Shown here: positions 41,644-54,394 of the stretch, one piece after another
Numbering within the stretch: the stretch's first letter is position 1
Layout of the letters: each line of letters begins with the position of its first letter
From: Euglena gracilis
Lineage: Eukaryota
DNA: 64,000 bases
Direction of reading: 5' to 3'
NCBI GenBank assembly: GCA_039621445.1
Contig: CP154954.1
Coordinates: 31,582,012-31,646,011, forward strand
Notes under the pieces: generated by a model
Database searches by the model: none
What the model saw: the letters and a program-made list of their open reading frames with translations, nothing else
What the model was told of the DNA's origin: nothing
Program-made: the position numbers and the translations under genes

Positions 41644-43797
41644 GGGGGCGCTACACCCGTGACCCCCCCCCCCGTGACTCCTCCCGTGACCCCCCCGTGA
41701 CCCGAGAATCGAGCCTTCAATTTTCAGACAATGCATCAACCTTCATCATTTCAGCCTTTCTTTTCATTCATTATTTCATCCTGCTTTTTGATGTAGGTGG
41801 CGGCTTTGGTCGCATCAATTTTCTGGTTGAAACCATCCAAAATTTGCCTTGACATGGTCAAAAATGGAAAGAAATGCCAAGATTTGAGGTGAAACAATTT
41901 TCGACCCAAGCAATGGCGCCTTTTTGGCGTAGTGGGTGTTCCCCCCGTGTCCCCCCGCGTCCCCCCCCCCGCGTCCCCCCCGCGTCCCCCCCCCCCCGCG
42001 TCCCCCCCGCGTCCCGGATTTTGGTCGGGCACATTTTTTGGTCGGCCAAAGGAAATTATCATAGAAATTTAGGTGACACAAAAGAAAACGTGCGGAGGTT
42101 GTTGGGCCAGAGTTCTCCCCCGCGTCCCCCCCCGCGTCCCGAACCACCCCCGTAGGAATTTGACCCAAATATGTCCCATTGGCAAAATGGGTGATTGCAT
42201 AAGTTGGAAAGAATGTCATGGCAAAAAGGGGGGGAGGGGAAACATGAAATTTTTGTGGAAGAAACCCCCCCCAAAACAGAAAAGAATGGTCCTCACCCCA
42301 CCTTCCATTTGGACAACCGAAACCCTTTTTGGCACCCAACGCCCAACGCACTTTCACACCCAAAAATGGCCCGAAATCTTGTCCCCCAAACGTTGGTGCA
42401 TTTCCACACCCAGAACAGACTTTTTTTCGCCATTTTTTCAAAAATGGCCATTTTGGGCCATTTTTTTCTTCAAAAATGGCTTTGGGCCATTTTTTAAGCC
42501 CAAAATGCTCCAAAAAATGCGACAGTCAAGAAAATCCTAACAAAATTCCCTTTCAAAAAATGGAAAACATGACCAATATCGGACATAACAATCATCAAAA
42601 AATGACCACTTTCGGACCAAAAAGCATTTTTTTGTTCAAAAAATCGTCCAAGAATGGCCAAAAATGACCGATTTTAGGATCCGTGCCGCCCTTCTCGTGA
42701 TAACGTCATGGATGCTGCCTCCGGACTACCTCCAAAGTGGCATATTTCCCCCGCCCCCCCCTCCCGTGACCCCCCCGTGACCCGCACCACCCCCTTCACG
42801 TAGCAACATTTTTGGGGGGCGCTACCCCCCCCCCCGTGACTCCCCCCGTGACCCCCCGTGACCCGAGAATCGATCCTTCGATTTTCAGACAATGCATCAA
42901 CCTTCATCACTTCAGCCTTTCTTTTCATTCATTATTTCAGCCTGCTTTTTGATGTAGGTGGCGGCTTTGGTCGTTTTTCATCAATTTTCTGGTTGAAACC
43001 ATCCAAAATTTGCCTTGACATGGTCAAAAATGGAAAGAAATGCCAAGATTTGAGGTGAAACAATTTTCGACCCAAGCAATGGCGCTTTTTTGGCGTATGA
43101 ATTTGACCCAAAATATGTCCCATTGGCAAAATGGGTAATTGCATAAGTGGGAAAGAATGTCATGGCAAAAGGGGGGGTGGGGAAACATGAAATTTTTGTG
43201 GAAGAAACCCCCCCAAAACAGAAAAGAACAGTCCTCACCCCACCTTCCATTTGGACAACCAAAACCCTTTTTGGCACCCAACGCCCAACGCACTTTCACA
43301 CCCAAAAATGGCCCAAAATCTTGTACCCCAAAAAGTGCCTAACGTTGGTGCATTTCCACACCCAGAACATACTTTTTTGGCTATTTTTCAAAAATGGCCA
43401 TTTTGGGCCATTTTTTTTCTTCAAAAAAAATGTCTTTGGGCCATTTTTTTTAAGCCCAAAATGCTCCAAAAAATGAGACAGTCAAGAAAAACCTGACAAA
43501 ATTCCCTTTCAAAAAATGGAAAAAAAATGACAATATCGGACATAACAATCATCAAAAAAACGACCACTTTCGGACCAAAAAGCATTTTTTTGTTCAAAAA
43601 ATGGTCCAAGAATGGCCAAAAATGACCACTTTTTGGACCAAAAATCACCGATTTTAGGATGCGTGCCGCCCTTCTCGTGATAGGATGCAACGTCATGGAT
43701 GCTGCCTCCCGACTACCTCCAAAGTGGCATACTTCCCCCGCGACCCCCCCCGTGACCCTACCCCCCCGTGACACCCCCCGTGACCCGCACCACCCCC
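41644..43797. repeat. Two tandem copies of a ~1-kb element with GGGGGCGCTAC..GCACCACCCCC ends
   Basis: 41644-42794 aligns with 42815-43797; CCCCCGTGAC subterminal repeats. Confidence 0.9.
41932..42151. mobile_element. Harbinger-like MITE, 3-bp TSD GTA
   Basis: Present in the first tandem copy and absent at the homologous site (~43097) of the second. G-rich TIRs. Confidence 0.85.
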
Positions 43798-44613
43798 ACC
43801 CTAATTTTGAATGTCCAATGCCGATTTTGGGCGATTTTGGTTTGTTTTGAATTGTTTACACAAAAATTCAACCACTTTCAACCATTAGGGTTCGTCTGGG
43901 CCATTTTTTGCCGCTTTACAATACAGCACACAGGACAGTGTTGCCATTGTTAGGTCGTTTAAAGCAGCATGATTTTTCAGGTGAAAATCCCTCAAGATGA
44001 CCATGAAATTGACCCGAACTAGACCAAATTGGTTGGAATTGGCCAAAATTGCCAAAATGTCCAAAAAAGTGCAAACAGTCCCAATTGCAACCCAAAACGT
44101 AACCTCCAACAACAATAAACATGACCTTGAAGGGAGGTAATTGAGATTCACCACCACAAGGATGTGGACCTCATTTTCCTGTGAGTCACATGGCTGGCCG
44201 TCGGTTGGCCGACGGCGTGCTCCACCAAAACTCATGGGCAATCTCAAATGACAAAGAGCTGAGAGGTGATGGAATCTTGGTGGGCGTCAAATGAATTTGC
44301 ATTTTGGGAACCTTGCAAAATCTTTTGTGTGCAATACTGAACTTGGGCATTTTACAGGGGCAGAGGCATTGAGAAACCGGTAGTTGTTCTTGAAGTATTG
44401 TTTTGAACTTTGTGGAAAAGTGTTTAATGACGAATGAATTAGAGTGAATAATATGTCCCAAGTTTTGATGTGATTTTGAATGCTTTTGGTAAAGAAATAA
44501 GGGGCTTTGCAAACATATTGCATTCCTCGTGTCGAGGACAATGTATTTTCCGAAGGGTCTCAGGGCAGTCTTTGGTCGACATCTGCTACAGTGCCTCAAT
44601 TTGGCTATTTTTT

Positions 44614-45420
44614 TTGCAACCGTGTTAAGTCCACGATGTACACTGGCCGTGAAAACCATGTTCAATCCACGTGTACAGCGGTGGTGTAGATGTGTTTGTA
44701 ACACGCTTTCCGTGCAATGTACACGTGTTACCAAAAAGAGTAACCATGCTTTCCGCACAATGTACACGTGTTACCAAAAGAGTAAACACACTTTCCTGCA
44801 ATGTACACGTGTTACCAAAAAGAGTAAACACGCTTTCCATACAATGTACACGTGTTACCGAAAGAGTAAACATGCTTTCCTGCAATGTACACGTGTTACC
44901 AAAAAGAGTAAACACGCTTTCCGTACAATGTACACGTGTTGCGAACACGGTAAATTTGCGTTGTACCGTGTTTTGAATGAAAAATATTGTACAGGGTGAC
45001 AGCATAACCAGAATGATTTCACCTTTTGGAGGGCTTCCACAAACTGCTTAACAGTGGGAGGGGCAGGCATGTGGGCCTCAGCGAGGTTAGCCAGGCTCAA
45101 AAAAAAAGAGTAAACACGCTTTCCTGCAATGTACACATGTTACCAAAAAGAGTAAACACGTGCAATGTACACGTGTTACGAACACGTTACATTTTCATTG
45201 TAGTGTTTGTAACCCGGTACAATTGCAATGAACCAAGGTACCCCGTTTTTGTATACGTGTTCACTATAATTGGCATTTTTTTGCGCGAATCACGTGGACT
45301 TGAACACGGTTTTCACTACCGGTGTACATTGTGGACTCTTAACACAGTTTCAACATTGTTTCGTGTTCTGATCCCGCTTTTTTTTACCAGGAAAACTGGG
45401 GGCGCCTTCGGCGCCCCCGG
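44614..45420 (-). mobile_element. Deleted copy of the 59384-61091 element
   Basis: Same ~60-bp inverted repeats, ~40-bp TGTACACGTGTTAC arrays and terminal GGGGGCGCC-TTC-GGCGCCCCC hairpin. Only ~80 bp of the ORF remain (45015-45097). Confidence 0.9.
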
Positions 45421-46642
45421 TCACAACGTCATTGGAAGGAATCCACATGTAACGGAAAGATATTAGGTATTGCCCCAATAAGTATCAGCTGCCAAAATAA
45501 CAAAAGGGGTAAACATGCAATTTTTTTTAATAAGAAGAATTAAAAAGAAATAACAAGAATGAATCTGGCAACAGTTTTTGCTTCACAGCAAAATTCAGCA
45601 TTCAAACCTCAAGAAGGACGGAATAAACGTGGTCTCAAAGGAATGAAAACTTGGAATACCCTACAAACACAGCCTTTGAAAGCACAGTATCAAATCCCAA
45701 TGGTGTACACAATTTTTTGTTTCCAAAAACAAGTGATTTGCGGTGCAAGTCGCCCAACGTACAGATTGCACACATTCCTCGGTTGCACAGCTGAAGACAA
45801 CGTTCATCACGTTTCTGTTCCATGTTCTCCACTTTCGAGGTCACAAAAGTTTTGGCATGTCCATTTGGGATTCCCTTTTTGGCCTCCTTCACGTCTTGAG
45901 TTATTGGATTGGCAGCATACCACTTCATTCATGATGGCAAGCTCTTTTTTCTGTTGCAGTGTCATCGTCAACCTGGATGCCTTAATTGTTGGAGAATTCT
46001 GACTGTCTAAAGGGCCAGCTTAAAGCCCCTTTGAAATTTTACTTCTTGCCCACGTGCGTGGGCAAGAATTAAAATTTTTTGCCATTCCTTTGTTCCATTG
46101 AAATTTTAGGCCGTGAAACCTGAGCCTATGCCGACATTTGCATGCAAATTTACTCTGAGGAAGTGACCTTTCTGTAAGAAAAATCGGGGTTGAATCACGG
46201 TTCGCCTTCGGCACCCCCCGTTTCCGCACCGGGAATTGTGATTGAACCCCGATTTTGGCTTAAAACGTTACCCAAATTCACGGTCTTCCCCACAGTAGCC
46301 TAGCGGTTCCTAACGAGATCCCTATCGGCCAAAAAATCTCGTTTTTAGCATTCACTAGTGAACTTTGGGCATTCACTAGTGCGCTATAGCGCACTAGTGA
46401 ATGGCCACTTTTGATCACTAGTCCCAAGTATGCACTAGTGAACATATCACCAGTGCGCACATGTTCACTAGTGATTAGAATCCGAATTTTTTTTATGTTT
46501 TTTTACCCTCCAATCTCGGACACTGATGTTGTTCCAGTCCCACCGTGCATTGCGGTGGGCAGAAGGCAATCGGCCAAGGGCAAGGAGCGCGTGAAGCGTC
46601 CTCGGACCCCGACGCCCCCGCCAGGCCTCCTCGCGCCGCCAT

Positions 46643-47100
46643 CAGGGGGGGGAAATTGATATCCGCAATTTTTCCGCAATTTCCACAATTTTTCCGCAAT
46701 TTTTCACCATTTTTTTGAATAATTTTTTCCCCACCACCAAAGATGGAAGATGCAATGAGTTCAAGCCATTCTTCAAATGGATCAACAGGTGTGCTATTGT
46801 GTTTTGTTGTTCCCCCCCCCAGTTTACCAATTTTTCTCACAGGTGCACCACTGGGTCACAGGATTGGGTGCGTCCCACCTGTGCAAAGAACATCAAGCAT
46901 GTTGATTTGTGCTCACCTGCATCGACGTGGGTGTTGCGGTGTTCTGAACCTCACAATTGAAAATTTTCTAAGTCCCCCCAAGCAGAAATGTGTATACCCA
47001 ATATCAATTTTTCCGCAATTTTTCCGCAATTTCCGCAATTTTTCCGCAATTTTTCTGCAATTTTTCCGAAGGCCTCCGATATCAATTTCCCCCCCCCCTG
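46643..47100. mobile_element. hAT-type MITE, 6-bp TSD
   Basis: TIRs CAG(G)nAAATTGATATC; TSD CGCCAT; TTTCCGCAAT arrays. Confidence 0.9.
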
Positions 47101-47179
47101 CGCCATCGTCCCCAAGGGTGGTGAAATCTCCTGACTGGTGTGTTTGTTCCCTTCATTTCAGTCAACTATGATTTGTCCT

Positions 47180-47655
47180 TCAGTCTGCGTCCAGCCATTC
47201 CGGCTATTGACGTGGATTCGGACGACAACGACTTGGACTTGTCCGAGGTGCTCACCCAGCCGTCTGAAAAGGACTGGATCACAGAGGAGCAGCGCCGAGC
47301 TGCGGAGGTACAGGTTCGTCGTTTCTGCAAAAAAACCGGCCACTGTGTTTCAACGTTCTCCCAGATCGCCAATCCGCCTCTCAAGCGGAAGCTGAAGTTG
47401 GAGGATATGGGGGCTGCCGACGACCTGAATTGGCACGCGGACCCTGCGCCGGAAGGCGCAGCTGTCAACCAAATTCTGTCCGCTGTCCCCTCCGTGTTCC
47501 CTCCCGCACCCCACTGGTGTGTGTGCTTTCAGTGCCACGAATGTGACCGAGGCCAAAAGTGCTCGGTGTTCAGTATGCGGGGAGGTGTATCATTTTGTGT
47601 GTGCCGATTTGCGTCGGGCGCCCAAAAAGGCGTGGGTTTGTTGAGGTTGCCGTTG
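47180..47655 (+). pseudogene. PHD-finger protein remnant
   Basis: LNWHADPAPEGAAVNQILSAVPSVFP, then after a frameshift AKSARCSVCGEVYHFVCADLRRAPKKAWVC*GC. Confidence 0.75.
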
Positions 47656-48770
47656 AGTTCTGCTGTTTGTTGTGTCCCATTAACCATGCCAAGAATGGCA
47701 TCGCGAGCATGTGTCTCGCGCTGAAATTTCCTTCGCCGTGCCAATTCAGCCATTTGCATTGCCTTTCTTGCTTATGACATGTTGAGGTCGGCCTCCTGTT
47801 CCAATTACATTGCCGAAATTTCAGATTTTTTTTGGTCCACGATTCCTCGGTGAGCACCCGTGAATGATTCACTAGTGCGCAGGTGTTCACTAGTGAACCA
47901 TTCACTACTGCCGCACTGTTCACTAGTGAATGGACCCCGATTCCTCACGTGGGGAAGCCCGTGAATGGTTAACGTTTTTAAGGGGGTGTTTCCCCCGTGA
48001 CCCCCCCCCCCGTGACCCCCCCCGTGACCCCCCCGGTGACCCGAACAAAGACCCTTTTCGGCCAAAATTTTTCGAAATTTTTTTGCCCAGTGATTCCCAA
48101 TTTGACAAAATATTTATGTAGGTTCCTAATTTTGAGACATAAATTTTGCAAATTTGGGGATGGTGCTTCCTGATTTGTTATTAAATTCCTAATTTTAGCT
48201 ATGGGGATTCCTAGCTTTTTTTTGATTTTCTCGATGCCACACACATAGTTGGCAACCTGTTTTTTTTTTTTGGACTTTGTTTTTTTTGTAATTCTAACAA
48301 TGTTTTTTTTAAAAAAAAACGGTCACAAGGTTTTGGGGGAAAATTTTTTGGGTGATAAAAAAAACATCCTTCTTTTCCATCTGGTTCCCATCACAGCACA
48401 TTTTATCAAAAGGTCAATGAAATGTTTCATCAAAAGGTCAATGAAATTTCCCTTTTGTTTTTTATGTTTTTTTTTGGCGTTCTGAATTTCGCTTTTTTCG
48501 ATGTTTTTGACCTTTTGGGTGCATTTTTGGGGGTCAAAAAAACTCATTAGGAATCAAAACAGGTTTCGGGCAGTTCCAACTGAAAATTTCCTATAAAATT
48601 TCCTTTGTGTTTTTTTTGTTTTTTTTGGTGTTTTTTTTCAAAAAAAAACTTTGTTTTTTATTATAAAAAAAAACAAAAAAAGCCAAGTATGGCCCCACAT
48701 AAGCCGATCCACACGGCGCTGCAAGCCAGTAATTTATGCCTGCCTGAGTCATAAGCAATAACTTGTAGTG

Positions 48771-48947
48771 AGTACCCCCCCCTTATTGTCCCACCGACCT
48801 GCCCCCGGGAAGCCCGATCGGGCATTAAGGGGGGGGGACAATAAGACCGTACCAAAGGAATTTCATTGGCCGTGCCAACCCCCCCCCCCGTCGGCCGGGG
48901 CCCAGGGACAATAAGGGGGGAGGGACAATAAGGGGGGGGGGGGTACT
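48771..48947. mobile_element. Short MITE (TIR AGTAC(C)nTTATTGTCCC)
   Basis: Clear inverted ends; internal GGGACAATAAG repeats. Confidence 0.75.
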
Positions 48948-48958
48948 GGCCTTTCGAA

Positions 48959-49842
48959 GGTGTTCAGATTGCGGTTACAATCGCGGTTACATCGTGGTTA
49001 CATCGGATCGTTTGAATCAATTCAATCACGTTCCGCATTTCCCGCACTACGTCACGTGCACAGTGGACAGTGTACCAATCCACACAGAGACCCTTCATGA
49101 TTGCACATTCAACCCCAAATATGCCGGTCCTGTTTGGAAAGTGAAACTTTTGACCTCCTTGCTTGGGGACATCATTTTTCCGCCAATCGGACCCCATTTG
49201 GGCACAATGAGTGATTCGCAAATTTGGGGGGAGTGTTGCCCATGGAAGCATATGGAACAAAGAGAGGTTTGCCTTTCGGATTGCGTATTCCGGAAGGTCT
49301 CACATTGTTGCGCCACTTTGGAAACCGCACGGGAGGACTATGCCAGGAAGGACAAAATTGCACAACGAAATGCATTCCTATTATCGAGGGCGGGGGGAGC
49401 ACGCATTTGCATTGGCATATCCTTTTGCAATCATGAGGCATGCTTGGAATGGCAAAGAAGCGGGTGGTCATGAAAGGCTCGCACATTGCGTAATGGCTTT
49501 GTTCGGTTTTTTGAGTTCCACCTCCACCGCCGCTTGCGTTATGAGCCGTTTGGACCCTGGTCACATTTCCCTCGGTCGAGTTCCTCATCAACAACTGCCC
49601 CCGTGCCCACACCCACTGTCCAGTATGCTTCCGCTCCTGAACACGAGGGGGCAGTTGTTGATGAGTGGGGCTCAGACCACGAGGGCCCGCAGTTCCTCTC
49701 TCAGCGGTTGACCCGCAGTTTGACCTCTTTCTGTGCCACACTCGGTGTGTCACCAGAGTGAGGTGCCCGATATGGGGGTCGCTTTGAGACTTTGTGCAAC
49801 GCCTTGTTCAGATCGCGGTTACATCGCGGTCACATGAACACC
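48959..49842 (+). mobile_element. PIF/Harbinger-like element with decayed DDE transposase
   Basis: Peptides VDSVPI..FNPKYAGPVWK..GPHLGTMSDSQIW..EVCLSD and HNEMHSYYRGRGEHAF resemble DDE_Tnp_4. Short TIR GGTGTTCA..TGAACACC; GCGGTTACA repeats at both ends. Confidence 0.75.
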
Positions 49843-49844
49843 TC

Positions 49845-50340
49845 CTTCTTTTGACATATGAAAGCGAATCGTCTGTCATTTTCACATACAGCGTTCCATT
49901 TTTTGTGTGTCGTTCCTCAGATTGGTGGAAGGTCCACCCTGATTATCGGCTGAGTGCCTGTGTCAAATGTATTTTCAGCAAGGCACAGCCGTTTTCCTCA
50001 GCGCTGTCCCTTCAATTTGGCAATACCTGGCAAACCCCTTGCACTTCCTCGTCGTTAAGAATCCAGCAAAACACCAGTGAAGTATTCATTTCGGCTGCAC
50101 ACCGCTTCAGATACCTACCCATGGCAACTTCGAAAATTGTTTTGGTCATCTCCTGTTTTCCAGGGTAAGGTGGCATGTGTGCTGTACCCACTCCGGATTT
50201 TTGCTCAGGGCTGCCTCTGTCGATGGGTGGCCATTTTCCCTCAGTAAGAAAAAATCTGCCCCTCGGAACGCTTTTTATATGTTTGTCAAGCCATTCTAGC
50301 TGTATGCAAAAGAGGTTGATGTTCTCTGTTCATCCAGGGG
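49845..50340 (-). pseudogene. Possible YR-like remnant downstream of the PHD ORF
   Basis: TSTSFAYS*NGLTNI and ILNDEEVQGVCQVLPN*RDSAEENGCALLKIHLTQALS parallel the 35.6-36.1 kb peptide, but the stretch is heavily decayed. Confidence 0.3.
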
Positions 50341-50669
50341 GATACAGGCAAAATTTCTCTCCCCCGATTTGCGCCTTGAGGGCCACGTTGCATTGACGTC
50401 AGGGCACAGTGCTGGAGCACTGCCTACCCGAGCTGTGATTCGGCTTGGACTTGGCAGCGTGCTGAACTCGGTTTGAACAAATGAAAGTGGCGCGTGGGCA
50501 AGCTTTTGGAAAGGGCGTCAGCGAGCCTGCAGAGGCAGTGAGTGGCGGTAGACCCCACAATTGAAAAACCGCAAGGGAGGTGGATCGTGAACTTCTTGGG
50601 GTCTGGGCATTTGCATTTATGTTGGGGTGTTCTCTCCCTGACCAGAAGGGAGAAAATGCCATCAGACCT

Positions 50670-51263
50670 GGGCGCCTAAGAAGGTGGTATACTTCACCAC
50701 ATAGAGTACAACGGAGGTTAGGCACAGCGGGGGGGGTTGAGGGTTGAGGGGGGGGGGGGCGAGCGGCCACGCGGGGGGGAGGGGGGAGAGGGGGGGGAGG
50801 GAGAGGGGCGCCGCGCGGCTGGCGCGCATCCAAAAATTGGTGATTTTTGGGTCCAAAAAGTGGTCATTTTTTGCCATTTTTGGGGGGGGGTGCAGGGGGG
50901 CGAGCGGCCACGCGGGCGGCCGCGCGGGGGCCGCGCAGGGGGGGGGGGGAGGGGAGGGTTCCCGACCCCCCCAAGCAGCGCGCCTAGCCTCCAACGAATA
51001 CTTTTAGCAGCCTGGACGGCAGTGTCACTGAAAGCACTGGCATGCATTCTTGCTGCGTTTTGAAAAGTTCACGCGCATGAATGCACCATCCTGCCCATCC
51101 CCCAAAAAACATAGTCCAAGGATCCAAAAACAACAGCACGCCGGGAGCAAATTTCAATGTACTCAAAAAACACTTCAAAGGGGCCTTTTTCTTAGGGCCT
51201 ATTGCATCATTTTCATCACTGCTGGGGAGGGAGCCCAAAAGGGCATCCTCAGCAGTGCCGAAC
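50670..51263 (-). pseudogene. N-terminal domain plus PHD-finger ORF remnant, split by a MITE
   Basis: EDALLGSLP..FFGGWAGWCIHARELF. Removing 50713-50992 restores AFSDTAVQAAKSIRCTLCGEVYH. Confidence 0.7.
50713..50992. mobile_element. Harbinger-like MITE, 3-bp TSD AAC
   Basis: TIR GGAGGYTAGGC; excision restores the reading frame of the host ORF. Confidence 0.85.
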
Positions 51264-52012
51264 GTTAGACTGGGGGGGGGTAGTGGGTAGTCGGCTGACC
51301 ACTCAACTGGTCGGCCGACTAGGCCTAGTCGGTAGCTAGTCGGCGAGACGGGGTGGGGGGGGGGGGTAGTGGGTAGTTGCGGCCGACTACCCACTCTAAT
51401 GTACTAACGGGTCAGTATCGCCGACTTTTAAGCCTGAAAAAAACTTTTGTCCAAATCACCTCAACACCAGTCAAAACCCACCCAAATGGCTCCAAAATCC
51501 CCCAATCGGGGGTGAATATGCAAAATCTTGGGGGGGAATGTCCACTTTGGACCACTATTGGCAAAAGAACACCTCTCCCCATTGGATTTTCAATATAATG
51601 TCAAAATTTCGCACAAAAAGGACTTAGCCCTCCAAGTATGTTGCCGACATAAAAAGACATTTTGTTATTTGAGGGGGGGGTGCGGGGCGGAGCCCCCCCC
51701 CCGCCTATGCCAAAGTGAGCCACAAAAACGACTTAGACCCCGAGCATGTTGCCAACATAGAAGGGATTTTGTTTTTGAGGCTCGGGTGGGGGTGGAGGGG
51801 GGAGTTTTCTGCATCCTCCTTATTATTGTGTGGCCTTTCCTTCGGGTCCAATAAAAATGCACACGATCTTTTTTCGGCTCATTTTTGTGATTTGGAGAAT
51901 TCCAAAATCGCCAAACAACAACAAGAGACAAGGCAGTACAGATGGCCATTCCCCCCCCTGTACAGGACAGAAAAAAGGGGGTCCAAACCCCCCCCCCCCA
52001 TTTCCTACCACT

Positions 52013-52994
52013 TTGAAACCGTGTATTGGGGCTCTGGCTTCACGCCCGAACCGGCGTTCTGGACGCCGGTTCGGCGCAGAAATTTCTGCGCCGAACCGGT
52101 GTCCAGAACGCCGGTTCGGGCGGGAAAACGGCGTCCTGGGGACCGAAAATGAAAAGTGCCAAAAAGTGTCCAAAATGGTTTGTAGACATGAGGCAATCAT
52201 ATCTGAGCACTTTTTGGGGGGTATTTGGCCAGAATTGGGGTATTTTGTGCAACAATTTCCATTTGGCCAAATCTGGGGATTTTCTGAAATAGAATACCAT
52301 GCAGCAGGGCTGAAATCTAAGGCCATCTAAAACCCTTGAGAAGGGTTATCGATCAAGGGGCAACATGGCAGGTGAACAGTGGATTTTGGAATTTGCGAAA
52401 AGGGTCCAAAAATCGTAATTCTGAAAAAACCCAAGGGGTCCAGCTAAAATTTCCTAAACATAATTCTGAAAAACCCAGGGGAGGGTCCAACCAATTTTGA
52501 AAACACCCAGGGGGGCCAAAATTTCCCAACTGTAATTAACATTTCCCAACAATTTTTGAAAAATTCCCGTGGGGGGGGTCCAGCCAAAATTTCCCAACCG
52601 TACTTCTGAAAAACCCTAGGGGGGGCTCCAGCCAATTTTTTTTTAACCGTGTTTGTGAAGAAACCCAGCCAAAATTTCTGAACCGGAATTCTGAAAAAAG
52701 GGGGCATCAAATCCCAACCATAATTCTGGAAAAAAAACCAGCGGGGTCCAACCGAAAATTCGGCATTGCAAATCTGAAAAAATCTGGGGGGGGTCCAGCC
52801 AAAATTTCCCAACCGTGATTCTGAAAAAACCTAGGGGTGGTCCAACGAAAAAAAATTTCCAAATCGTAATTCTGAAAAAAAAACCTTTTGATTGATGGGT
52901 AACCTGGCATGAGACGGATGAAAACATCAATCGGCCGATCGACATGGCCATGTTCAGAAACTGGGTATTCAGAGCCCCTAATCCACGGTTTCAA
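52013..52994. mobile_element. Non-coding element with TTGAAACCGTG inverted ends
   Basis: Left TTGAAACCGTGTATTGGGGCTCTG vs right CAGAGCCCCTAATCCACGGTTTCAA. The left end is the reverse complement of 36225-36318. A degenerate ~55-bp tandem array fills 52415-52880. Confidence 0.75.
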
Positions 52995-53025
52995 CAACTG
53001 TGTCCAGAACGCCGCGGCCGCGCAA

Positions 53026-53265
53026 AGGCCGCGGGGGGGGGGGGGGCCCGGACCCCCCCCCCCCCCCCGGGGCGCGCCTAGCCTCCTTCGGGTTGGAACC
53101 AAAATTTTGTTCTCGAGACAGCCAAATTTAGGAGGCTGATTCCTAAGGGCCGCGGGGGGGGGGGGGGTCCCGGACCCCCCCCCCCCGAGCAGCGCGCCTA
53201 GCCTCCTTTGGGTTGGAACCAAAATTTTGTTCTCGAGACAGCCAAATTTAGGAGGCTGATTCCTA
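53026..53265. repeat. ~120-bp tandem duplication
   Basis: GGCCGCG(G)n..GCGCGCCTAGCCTCC..GGCTGATTCCTAA occurs twice. Confidence 0.9.
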
Positions 53266-54394
53266 ATTCCAGGCAAAGTTGAGGTTGGTGATTCCTAATT
53301 TGGTGTGGGTTAGTCCTAATTTGTTGTGGTAAGATCCTAATTTGTCAAAGATTTTCTCGCAGCAGATTCCTGATTTCGCCGTCCCAAAAATGGTGTCTCC
53401 CCCATTTCACCCCCACCCCGCGTCCCAGACACCCCCATTGGGATGTGCCACTCAAAAAAAAGGACATGTGCCTCTCAAATGAGAGCAGAGCTGGCGCTTT
53501 TTTGGTTTTTTTAAAAAACGGTTTTTTTTTGAAAATGAAATTTGACATAAGCACTACCGTCTCTGTGGGTTCCAAAGTGGGACGCGGGGGGGACGCGGGG
53601 GGGACGCAGGGGGGGGCGCGGGGGGGACGCGGGGGAGACACCCCCAATGGTGTGCGAAGTCCTAATTTTTGAAAGGTAACCAAGGATGGATATTGGATGT
53701 CGGCCCACATCGGGTTTATCCAAAACCTTGGAGACAGGCCGTATAACGGGTCAAGGCGCCCTTGACCCGTTTTACGCCCTGTATACAGGTAACAGCTATT
53801 TTCAATGGCAACTGTCTCGGGGATAGGCAGTACAGTTGGCCATTTTCGGGACCCCCCCGGCCGCCCACGCGGCCGCTCGCCCCCCCCGGACCCCCCCTCC
53901 CCCCACTGTGCCTATCATAAGCAAGAAAAAGACATTTTTTTGAGCAAAAATGGTCCAAAAATGGCCAAAAATGACCACTTTTTGGACCTGAAAATTTCAA
54001 AAAAAGTTCAACCTCAATGTCAACGACCTCAACCTCAATGTTACCTCAATGCCCAAAATTCAAAAAAATGAACTCACAAAAAGCATGGATTGGGCCATCT
54101 CCTCTTCTAAACCCTTCCTCAAAGGCAAGTTTGACAGCTTTTATGTCAATTTACAACATATGTGGGTGGAAACAAGAAAAAATAGTGGGGTGCCGATTCA
54201 AAACTTGAAATAAGTGACCAATTGCCCAATGTTTGAAAAAATCTAGGTAAGGTTCGGCAAATTTTGAAATTCTGGGAATTTTTCATTTCAATTGAAAAAA
54301 AATCAAAAAATTCGAATTTTTCGAAATTTCAAAAATCGCGGAACGCGAATCTTGGTATTCCTAATTCATCAGAATTATTGGTGCTCGGCGGAAG

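Larger units (their letters stand above)
46180..47981 (+). mobile_element. Inverted-repeat element with upstream hairpin, carrying a PHD-finger ORF
   Basis: Inverted repeats TTAAAACGTTACCCAAATTCACGG.CTTCCCCAC (46260) and GTGGGGAAGCCCGTGAATGGTTAACGTTTTTAA (ends 47981); CACTAGTG repeats; hairpin at 46180-46256. Confidence 0.75.

Noticed and set aside
44695-44945. ~40-bp periodic repeat that looks like a CRISPR array (also 59465-59712 and 60695-60820)
   Set aside because: The units are head-to-tail with no unique spacers, there are no cas genes, and the context is a eukaryotic transposon.
46260-47981. Firm call as Kolobok/piggyBac from TTAA at both ends
   Set aside because: TTAA may be part of the inverted repeat. 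The homologous end at 40385 reads TTATAA and continues into a hairpin.
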